From Paenibacillus sp. (lineage in GTDB: Bacteria > Bacillota > Bacilli > Paenibacillales > YIM-B00363): a stretch of DNA of 32,000 bases. The translations under genes were made by a program, and so were the position numbers. Location: the NCBI RefSeq assembly GCF_031177825.1, contig NZ_JAPSKE010000016.1:7774-39773 (forward strand), given 5' to 3'. Of the stretch, positions 25,265-32,000 are shown one piece after another. Within the stretch, counting starts at the first letter, position 1, and each line of letters starts with the position of its first letter. The notes under the pieces were generated by a model that ran no database searches, had not been told where the DNA came from, and saw only the letters and a program-made list of their open reading frames with translations.

Positions 25265-25907
25265 GTTTTGGTTCACTTACAACAACGGCGAAGAGACGCT
25301 CCGGCTCCCCGTGAATCCCTCCGAATGGAAGGTGTCCGCCGGCTCCGCGAACGAGACGGTATCCGTCCAGAAGCTGGGACAGGTGACCGTCATCCAGAAC
25401 CCCGTCCTGCGGACGTACGAATTGTCCTCCCATTTCCCCCGACATTACGGGCCTTATTGCGCTTATCGAGACATTCCGCCTCCCCGGAGAGGGATCGATC
25501 AGCTGGAGAAGTGGAAGAACAGCGGATTCCCGGTGCAGTTCGTCGTCATTACGTCGGAGCAGCATAAGGAAATCACCGTTCCGGTCACGATCGAATCGCT
25601 CTCGTACCGGGAGATCGCCGGAGACGTCGGCAGCATCTATTACGAGCTGACGCTGCGGGAGTTCAAATACACGAAGCCGCGCACCGTGGAGACGAAGCAG
25701 GAGAGCGGCGAGACGGTGGCCGAGATCAGCAACAAGGGACAGCGTCCCAAGGCGTCGGTGAAGCCGAAGACGTATACGGTGAAGGCGGGCGACACGTTGT
25801 GGGCGATCGATCGCCGCGTCGGCGTGCCGTACGAGAAGATCGCCGCCGCCAACGGGATCAAGCCGCCGTATACGATCCGGCCGAACCAGGTGTTGGTGAT
25901 CCCATGA
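25254..25907 (+). CDS. LysM-domain tail protein (XkdP-like)
   Basis: A 217-aa protein whose C-terminal LysM reads YTVKAGDTLWAIDRRVGVPYEKIAAANGIKPPYTIRPNQVLVIP. It overlaps the tape-measure stop by 11 nt. Confidence 0.85.
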   Translation: MPVEFWFTYNNGEETLRLPVNPSEWKVSAGSANETVSVQKLGQVTVIQNPVLRTYELSSHFPRHYGPYCAYRDIPPPRRGIDQLEKWKNSGFPVQFVVITSEQHKEITVPVTIESLSYREIAGDVGSIYYELTLREFKYTKPRTVETKQESGETVAEISNKGQRPKASVKPKTYTVKAGDTLWAIDRRVGVPYEKIAAANGIKPPYTIRPNQVLVIP

Positions 25908-26866
25908 TCCAACTGCTGCTCGCCTTGGAGAACGGAACGGTCGACATGACCGAATTGGTGGAGACCGTCGAATGGTCGGGGAACGCGCAGAAGGCGGTCC
26001 GCAAGCTGACGGTCGGCCTGCTGCATCTCTCGGAGAACGGAAGCGTCCCGCCTCCGGTTCCGAACGGAACCGGCGTGCTGTTCCGGTACGGGGAGGAGGA
26101 GCTGTTCCGGGGCAACGTCTTCAACGCCGATTACAAGCCCGGCAAGCTCGGCCTGACCTGCTACGACCAGATGATTTATTTGACGAACAACAAGGATTCC
26201 TATGTATTCAAAAGCATGAAGGCGTCGGCGGTGCTCGCGAAGCTGTGCGCGGACTTCTCGATTCCGATCGGTTCGATCAAGGATACCGAGTACGTCATCC
26301 CGTATATGGTGTGCGACGAAGAGACGCTCTTCGATATGGCGAAGAAGGCGCTCGGGATTACGTATCGCCACCAGGGGGTGCGGTACTCGCTCTTTTCCCG
26401 GGAGGGGAAGGTGCAGCTGGTGCCTTACAAGGAGAATACCCGAAAATGGGTCATCGAGTCCGGGCTGAATTTGGTCGATTACTCGTACGTCGAATCGATC
26501 GAGAATACCGTCACGAAAGTGAAGCTGCAGGGCGGGGAGGAGAAGCAAACCTTGGTCGCCACCGCCGAGAACAAGTCGCTTCAGAAGCAGTTCGGCGTGC
26601 TGCAGCACTACGAGAAAATCAAGGATAAACAAAACCGGGCGCAGCTGCAGGAGGCGGCGAACCGGATGCTGGCGGAGAAAGGAAAGGCGACGAAGACGCT
26701 GCGGCTGGACGAAGCGCTCGGCATCGCCGAGGTCGTCTCGGGCACGACGATCGTCGCGAAGGTGCCGGAGCTCGGCATCGAGCGGACGTACGCCGTCGAA
26801 GAGGACGCTCACCGGTTCAAGGGCAAATATCATTCGATGTCGCTGACGTTGACGGAGATGACGTAA
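25904..26866 (+). CDS. Baseplate hub / late-control-D-like protein (XkdQ-like)
   Basis: A 320-aa ORF starting at an ATGA overlap with the LysM gene (MIQLLLALENGTVDMTELVETVEWSGN...). Order and size match XkdQ/YqbQ. Confidence 0.75.
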   Translation: MIQLLLALENGTVDMTELVETVEWSGNAQKAVRKLTVGLLHLSENGSVPPPVPNGTGVLFRYGEEELFRGNVFNADYKPGKLGLTCYDQMIYLTNNKDSYVFKSMKASAVLAKLCADFSIPIGSIKDTEYVIPYMVCDEETLFDMAKKALGITYRHQGVRYSLFSREGKVQLVPYKENTRKWVIESGLNLVDYSYVESIENTVTKVKLQGGEEKQTLVATAENKSLQKQFGVLQHYEKIKDKQNRAQLQEAANRMLAEKGKATKTLRLDEALGIAEVVSGTTIVAKVPELGIERTYAVEEDAHRFKGKYHSMSLTLTEMT

Positions 26867-26891
26867 GGGGGAGTCGCGCATCGCGGAATCG

Positions 26892-27338
26892 TTGGGGCAA
26901 TTGATCAAGCGGCATAGCATTAAGAGCGTGCAATCGCTGCGGCTGCCGGAGCTGATGGAGGCCGAGGTCGTATCCGGCGCGCCGGATTTGAAGATCAAGC
27001 TCAAGGGCAGCGATAAGCTGATCATCCCGAAAGAGCTGATCGTCGTCGCGGAGCATCTATGCCGGGTGCATCGCAAGGCGAATCTTACGAACGTCGGGAA
27101 GACGTCGATTTCGAAGCAGACGTTCACGGCGGACACGGACCTGGTCATGCAGCATCAGCATTCCGTATCCGTGGACGTCGAGTTGAAGGAGCGCGATTTT
27201 ACCGCGGAGCAGAGCGAGATTCATTTTCTGAACGAGGACAGCGAAGACGATCTGCTGAAGAAGGGCGACAAGGTGATGGCGCTCTCGTTCGAAGGCGGCC
27301 AGAAGTTCTTCGTTCTGGATCGCATCGTGACGTATTAA
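26892..27338 (+). CDS. DUF2577/XkdR-like small baseplate (putative spike) protein, paralog 1
   Basis: A 148-aa protein, clearly homologous to the next ORF, with shared N- and C-terminal blocks. The start is uncertain: TTG 26892 is 18 nt after AAGGGGGAG, and the paralog alignment suggests a start 2-3 codons earlier where no canonical start codon exists. Confidence 0.7.
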   Translation: MGQLIKRHSIKSVQSLRLPELMEAEVVSGAPDLKIKLKGSDKLIIPKELIVVAEHLCRVHRKANLTNVGKTSISKQTFTADTDLVMQHQHSVSVDVELKERDFTAEQSEIHFLNEDSEDDLLKKGDKVMALSFEGGQKFFVLDRIVTY

Positions 27339-27356
27339 CGCGGGAGGAGGGAGCGC

Positions 27357-27839
27357 ATGTCGTTCGGGGAATTGGTGAAGCGGCACTGCCTCGCGAGCGT
27401 GCAGTCGCTGGGGCTGCTGGAGCCGATGGAAGCCGAGGTCGTCTCGGATGCGCCGGACCTGAAGATCAAGCTGAAGGGCAACGATAAGCTGATCATTCCG
27501 AAGGAGCTGCTCGTCGTCGCGGAACGGCTGTGCCGGGTCAGGCGCAAGGCGAACATTACGAACGCCGAGAAGGCGGCGATCTCGTCCCAGTCGTTCGAAG
27601 CGACCGTCGCGATCGGGGCCCCGGTGGGCAAGAACGATCCGATTCCGCCGGCCCACGATCATCAGTTTACCGTGTCCGTCGCTTTGAAGGACCGGAAGCT
27701 GGAGCTCCTCGAGGGCGAGATCCATTACATACGCGAGGACGACAAGGACGATACGCTGCGAACGGGCGACCGCGTGATGGCGTTCGCCTTCGAGGGCGGC
27801 CAGAAATATTTCGTGTACGATCGCATCGTGCATTATTAA
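27357..27839 (+). CDS. DUF2577/XkdR-like small baseplate (putative spike) protein, paralog 2
   Basis: A 160-aa protein with RBS GGGAGGAGGGAG. It shares with paralog 1 the blocks MEAEVVS.APDLKIKLKG.DKLIIPKEL.VVAE.LCRV.RKAN.TN and GD.VMA..FEGGQK.FV.DRIV.Y. The centre is divergent. Confidence 0.8.
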   Translation: MSFGELVKRHCLASVQSLGLLEPMEAEVVSDAPDLKIKLKGNDKLIIPKELLVVAERLCRVRRKANITNAEKAAISSQSFEATVAIGAPVGKNDPIPPAHDHQFTVSVALKDRKLELLEGEIHYIREDDKDDTLRTGDRVMAFAFEGGQKYFVYDRIVHY

Positions 27840-27862
27840 TCGTCGGAGGCAGGCGAGGAGGC

Positions 27863-28264
27863 ATGGGACTTACTCCCGAAATCGAATTTCCGACCGTCAT
27901 CCAGAAGAAGGCGCCCGCGCTGCGCACCTATAAGCTCGACTTCGAGACGGGCGAGATCGGCCGGCGGATCGACGGGGCGGAAGCCATTCAACAGCTGATT
28001 CATAAGGCCGTCCGGACGATACGGTTCAGCCACCCGATCTATTCGGACGACTACGGCTGCGAAATTCAACATATGCTCGGTAAACCGTTTTCCCAAGGCT
28101 TTATTCAAGTCGAGATGGTTCGGATGATTACCGAAGCGCTCGTATACGACGAACGCATTCACCGGGTGTACGATTTCACGATCGCTTCGGAAAACGACGA
28201 GGTGTACATCGCCTTCTTCGCCGACACGACGCAAGGGACGATTCGTTACGAAGGGGTGTTGTAG
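27863..28264 (+). CDS. DUF2634/XkdS-like (gp25/W-like) baseplate wedge protein
   Basis: A 133-aa protein starting at the ATG after GGCGAGGAGG. The sequence is MGLTPEIEFP...TYKLDFETGEIGRRIDGAEAIQQLIHKAVRTIRFSHPIYSDDYG. Position is just before the baseplate-J gene. Confidence 0.7.
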   Translation: MGLTPEIEFPTVIQKKAPALRTYKLDFETGEIGRRIDGAEAIQQLIHKAVRTIRFSHPIYSDDYGCEIQHMLGKPFSQGFIQVEMVRMITEALVYDERIHRVYDFTIASENDEVYIAFFADTTQGTIRYEGVL

Positions 28265-28265
28265 C

Positions 28266-29288
28266 ATGGAACAAACTTCGGCGCTCGGCTTCGAGGCGAA
28301 GCTGCAGCAGCTGCTCGCCCGCGTCGACGACGGACTCGACAAGAGCGAGGGCTCGGTCATCTACGACGCCTTGGCCCCGATCGCGATGCAGCTGTGGATC
28401 GAAGAGAGCAAGTTCCGGAGCATCTTGGAGCAAGCGTTCGCCGTGACGGCGGAGGGGCGATTTTTGGATTCGATCGCCAAGGATTACGGGCTCGAGCGGA
28501 CGCCGGCCGCGGCGGCAAGAGTCGAGTTGGAGTTTACCGGCGTCATGGGCGCCGCGATTCCGGACGGCACGACGGTCGGGATCGAGAACTCGGACCTGAC
28601 GTTCGCGACGATCGGGAACGCGACGATCGGCTCCGACGGGAAAGCGGCGGTGCCCGCCCGATGCAAGCAGCCGGGCCCGGCGGGCAACGTGAACGCGGAT
28701 ACGATCCGCCTGCTGTTCGACCCGGTCAAGGACATCTGGACCGTGAACAACAAGCGGCCCGCCGCCGGCGGCCTCGATCAAGAGGCGGACGTCGCGCTCC
28801 GGGAACGGATTCTATACCAGAAGCGCAACCCCGAGCACGGCGGGACCGAATCGGACTATAAGCGCTGGGCGCTGTCCGTCACCGGGGTGACGTACGCGGA
28901 CGCGATCAACTGCAAGCGGGGGCTCGGCACGGTCGACGTCGTCATCGACTGCGAGGGGGACGACGAGGCCCGGGAGGCGATCTTCGCGGAAGTCCGGGAG
29001 TTGATCGACCGGAAGAAGCCGCTCGGCGTCGACGTGATCGTCGCGCCGGTCGTTCCGCGAGAGCAGCGGGTCGTCGTTCGCGTATCGGGACTCGGCGAAG
29101 CCGCCGCGAAGCAGGCGGTGCACCAGTATCTACGCACGATCGAGATCGGCGGCACGATCTATCTCTCGAAGATCGTGGCGGCCGTCATCGTCGCCGGCGC
29201 CTCGGACGCCGTCGTGCTCGAGCCGGAGGAAAACCTTCCGCTGCCCGAATCGAGCAGCTTGAAGGCGGAGGTCGTGATTCTCTTATGA
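28266..29288 (+). CDS. Baseplate J-like protein (XkdT-like)
   Basis: A 340-aa protein. Its motifs (SEGSVIYDALAPIAMQL...FAVTAEGRFLDSIAKDYGLERTPA..A...L.F.G) are typical of the Baseplate_J family. The ATG is 1 nt after the previous stop. Confidence 0.8.
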   Translation: MEQTSALGFEAKLQQLLARVDDGLDKSEGSVIYDALAPIAMQLWIEESKFRSILEQAFAVTAEGRFLDSIAKDYGLERTPAAAARVELEFTGVMGAAIPDGTTVGIENSDLTFATIGNATIGSDGKAAVPARCKQPGPAGNVNADTIRLLFDPVKDIWTVNNKRPAAGGLDQEADVALRERILYQKRNPEHGGTESDYKRWALSVTGVTYADAINCKRGLGTVDVVIDCEGDDEAREAIFAEVRELIDRKKPLGVDVIVAPVVPREQRVVVRVSGLGEAAAKQAVHQYLRTIEIGGTIYLSKIVAAVIVAGASDAVVLEPEENLPLPESSSLKAEVVILL

Positions 29289-30010
29289 CGTCCTTGATCC
29301 GCTACCTGCCGGAATATTACCGGGAGAGCCGGCAGATGAACGCGATCCTGGACGCGGCGGCGCCGGACATTCCCGACGTGGAAGGGCGCCTTCTGCACGC
29401 GCTGTTCTTGTCCGAGGCGCCGGAGGAATGGCTCGAGCTGTGGAAGCGGGAGCTGCAGGCGCCGGACCGGGACGCGCTGCTCGCCAAGCTGCGTTCCTCG
29501 GGCACTTTGAATTTAGATACGATTCTGGCGCTCGGCCTAACGGCGACGGAAACGTACCGGCTCAGCCCGGAAGACGGCTACACGTTGTCCGGGGACGATG
29601 CGGTGTTTCCGGACGGAGCGTTCTACGGTCCGCTGATCTCGGCGATTCACGTCGAGCCGGAGCAGGTCGAGGTCGTCCGCAAGCTGATCCAGATCAGCGG
29701 ATTCGCGGGCTTCCGTTATTGGTTGGCCGTCCATGCGAAATCATCCGTTCGGACCCAACCGCCGAAGGCGGGCATGCTGCGGAGCGTCTATCCGGGGATC
29801 GACCGCGAGACGAAGCTGTCCTATGACGAGCTCAGCGGACGCAGCGTCGACACCGCAGGCAGCGTCGCCTTGGTTCGGAGCCACGCGGCCGACGCGGCGA
29901 GAGCGGCGTGGTGGTCCCCGAACCTCTTCTTCACCGACTCGCTTCGCTACACGGACGAGACGGTCCGCACGCAGCAAGCCGCCGCGACCGTCGTACGACA
30001 ACCGATGTAG
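29285..30010 (+). CDS. DUF2313/XkdU-like (gpI-like) baseplate protein
   Basis: A 241-aa protein starting at an ATGA overlap with the baseplate-J stop. The N-terminus (LIRYLPEYYRESRQMNAILDAAAPDI...) is typical of YmfQ/XkdU-type proteins. Confidence 0.7.
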   Translation: MTSLIRYLPEYYRESRQMNAILDAAAPDIPDVEGRLLHALFLSEAPEEWLELWKRELQAPDRDALLAKLRSSGTLNLDTILALGLTATETYRLSPEDGYTLSGDDAVFPDGAFYGPLISAIHVEPEQVEVVRKLIQISGFAGFRYWLAVHAKSSVRTQPPKAGMLRSVYPGIDRETKLSYDELSGRSVDTAGSVALVRSHAADAARAAWWSPNLFFTDSLRYTDETVRTQQAAATVVRQPM

Positions 30011-30092
<82 letters not shown>

Positions 30093-30100
30093 TAAAGCAC

Positions 30101-30616
30101 ATGGGAGTCAGCTATACGGCGTCGGTGGCCGGGATGCGCACGTTCCAAGCGCTGCATCTCGTGCGAACGACCGACGTCTGGATCGGCATCGGCAAGTCGA
30201 CGCCGTGGAACGAGGCGGACAGCGCGCCCGAGGTATCCGGTTCGTCGTCCTTGACGGAGCCGATCGGATATAAGAAGGCGGAGAAGGTCCGATTCGTCGT
30301 GCCCGACGCGGAAGGCGACATCGTTCAATTCGAGCAGCGGTGGAGGCTGGTCACCGAGGAAGAGGGACGGCAGAGCCTCGCCCGTTGGGTGTACGTCGCG
30401 GCGTGGATCGCCGGCGACGAGCTGCCCGCCGTCAGCTATCGGCAAAGCGCGATCGTGACGGGGCTGACGCTCGCGCCGGAGACGCCGCCCGGGAAGCTGG
30501 CGGTGCTGGCCGCGGAGGTCGGCGATCACGGGCTGCCCTTGGTCGTGAACTACCGCTCGCCGATTCATCGCGCGGCGGATCAACGGGAGTATCTCGAATT
30601 TATCGTGGAGTTCTGA
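30101..30616 (+). CDS. Tail-associated protein of unknown function (171 aa)
   Basis: A clean ORF with a strong RBS inside the tail operon and plausible protein composition (MGVSYTASVAGMRTFQALHLVRTTDVWIGIGKSTPWNEAD...). I recognise no family motif. Confidence 0.6.
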   Translation: MGVSYTASVAGMRTFQALHLVRTTDVWIGIGKSTPWNEADSAPEVSGSSSLTEPIGYKKAEKVRFVVPDAEGDIVQFEQRWRLVTEEEGRQSLARWVYVAAWIAGDELPAVSYRQSAIVTGLTLAPETPPGKLAVLAAEVGDHGLPLVVNYRSPIHRAADQREYLEFIVEF

Positions 30617-30647
30617 TGGGTTTGTCTAGGAGGAGGAGCGTCTCGCT

Positions 30648-32000
30648 ATGAGTGTGTACAATCGATTCGACCCGGCCGACCGCTGGGTATCGCTGCAGGC
30701 GAGGAGCGGCCGGCGGCTCCAATCGGCCGAGCTGAACGAAATCCAATCGCTCGCGCTGCACCGCGACAAGCGGATGGGCGACGTCATCTTCGGTTCGGGC
30801 CATATTATCGAAGGCGGTCAGGTGTTCGTGTCGCCTCCGCCCGGGAACGAGGCCATCATCTTTCCCGCCTCCGTCTATTTCGACGGCATGATTCACGACA
30901 TCGGGGAGAAGCGTATCCCGATTACCCGGCAAGGCGAAGAAATCATCGGACTGAAGATCGTCTACGAGACGGTGACGCACGAGACGGAGCCCAAGCTGCT
31001 CGATCCGGCGGTCGGCTACGCGAATTTCGGCTCGCCCGGGATGGATCGACGGAAGGCGTCGCCGGAGTGGGTGTTGAACGATCCCGCCGCGACGCCGATG
31101 TACCGGCTCGCGAACGGCGAAGTGGTCACGGCCAAGGTGCCGCCGGAGCTGGAGGGCTTTACGCCCGTACTGGCTCGGCGCACGCACGATACGAGCGGAA
31201 GCTTCCTCGTCTCGGGCATGGACGGCTTCATCGAGCCGGCCGAGGGAGAGTATGTGAATCTAGTCATCGAAGCGGGGAAGGCGTACGTCCTCGGCTACGA
31301 GATCAACCGGCTCGTCCCGACGCGCATACGGCTTCGGAAATCGCTCGACGCCAGAAGCGTATCGGACGAAGTGAAGGTGTATAAGGACGCGGGCTCGGGC
31401 GCCGAACCGGTCTATACGCTGAACAGCAAGCCCGTGAAGGCGATCCGCGAAATTACGGCTCGGGTACAGCTCCAGACCGACGTCACGCGCCAAACCGGGG
31501 CGGCGGATCCGCTCCCCGAAGAGGCCGTCGTCGATATCGTACGGGTGATGTACAAAGACAAAAATTATGTCAAAGGAACGCACTACCAGCTCGTCGACAA
31601 CAGCGTCGATTGGTCGATCGGGAACGACCGGCCCGCCGTCGGGGACACGTACTCGGTCGTCTATCAGTTTATGCGGCAGATGGTCCAAGACGAGGATTAT
31701 CGACTGGACGCCTCCGCGAACGGGGTCGCGTGGCTGAACAAGATGCGCCCGGTGCCCGACTCGCTCTTCAATGTCACCTATGACTACTATTTAGCCCGCA
31801 AGGACGCCTTCTACTTGACCCCCGACGGGCAAATTCGAATCGCGACGGGACAATCGGACGTACATCCGCCGCTGCCGCCCGTTCCGCCGGACATCCTCGA
31901 GCTCGGGGAGCTTCACTTCCCTCCGGCGAGCGCCGAGGTCGCCGTCGTGAACTACAAGCCCAAGCGGCTGACCATGCTGGAGCTGCGTTCGCTGCTCGAT
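30648..32000 (+). CDS. DUF4815-like distal tail / baseplate-periphery protein; 3' end outside the window (absent from the ORF track because no stop is reached)
   Basis: I translated frame 3 by hand from ATG 30648, which follows AGGAGGAGG. It reads MSVYNRFDPADRWVSLQARSGRRLQSAELNEIQSLALHRDKRMGDVIFGSGHIIEGG... and has no stop codon through base 32000 (451 codons). The N-terminal NRFDP....L....R.LQSAELNE.Q pattern is what I recall for DUF4815 proteins. Confidence 0.65.
   Translation, partial: MSVYNRFDPADRWVSLQARSGRRLQSAELNEIQSLALHRDKRMGDVIFGSGHIIEGGQVFVSPPPGNEAIIFPASVYFDGMIHDIGEKRIPITRQGEEIIGLKIVYETVTHETEPKLLDPAVGYANFGSPGMDRRKASPEWVLNDPAATPMYRLANGEVVTAKVPPELEGFTPVLARRTHDTSGSFLVSGMDGFIEPAEGEYVNLVIEAGKAYVLGYEINRLVPTRIRLRKSLDARSVSDEVKVYKDAGSGAEPVYTLNSKPVKAIREITARVQLQTDVTRQTGAADPLPEEAVVDIVRVMYKDKNYVKGTHYQLVDNSVDWSIGNDRPAVGDTYSVVYQFMRQMVQDEDYRLDASANGVAWLNKMRPVPDSLFNVTYDYYLARKDAFYLTPDGQIRIATGQSDVHPPLPPVPPDILELGELHFPPASAEVAVVNYKPKRLTMLELRSLLD

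Noticed and set aside
25640-27148. 502-aa minus-strand ORF antisense to the LysM, hub and DUF2577-like genes
   Set aside because: This is the same GC-bias artefact. It has no RBS and no motifs, and it overlaps three co-linear, translationally coupled + strand genes.

Overview
High-GC, Firmicute-style DNA (AGGAGG ribosome-binding sites, rho-independent terminators, PBSX-like tail genes, sporulation-type histidine kinase). My inference is a Paenibacillaceae chromosome. The window has two parts.

(A) Bases 1-18.3 kb are chromosomal accessory genes:
- a 5'-truncated STAND-ATPase/GAF/LuxR regulator
- a secreted NHL-propeller protein with cadherin-like modules
- a TauE/SafE-type permease
- a TerC-family protein preceded by a candidate yybP-ykoY (Mn2+) riboswitch
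- a three-gene locus: a class-I isoprenoid-synthase-fold protein, an NHLP-leader peptide ending in ...GG/SDEVQYVWS, and a convergent 7TM-receptor histidine kinase
- a TetR regulator plus SDR unit with three copies of one palindromic operator
- a small membrane protein and a cupin
- a second P-loop/LuxR regulator and an MFS transporter

(B) From about 18.66 kb to the window end is a contractile phage-tail module: late regulator, sheath, tube, frameshifted chaperone, tape measure, LysM protein, hub, baseplate and distal proteins. No head, portal, terminase or integrase gene lies upstream, so I read it as an R-type tailocin or PBSX-like tail-only element that continues past base 32000.

The two most interesting items are the isoprenoid-synthase-like enzyme paired with an NHLP/ComX-like peptide (a possible new prenylated RiPP or pheromone system) and the headless tail cluster. 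The tail cluster has three peculiarities: a -1 frameshift site, tandem DUF2577-like paralogs and an intergenic array of AGGAG hexamers. All family assignments come from motifs read by eye. No database search was run.
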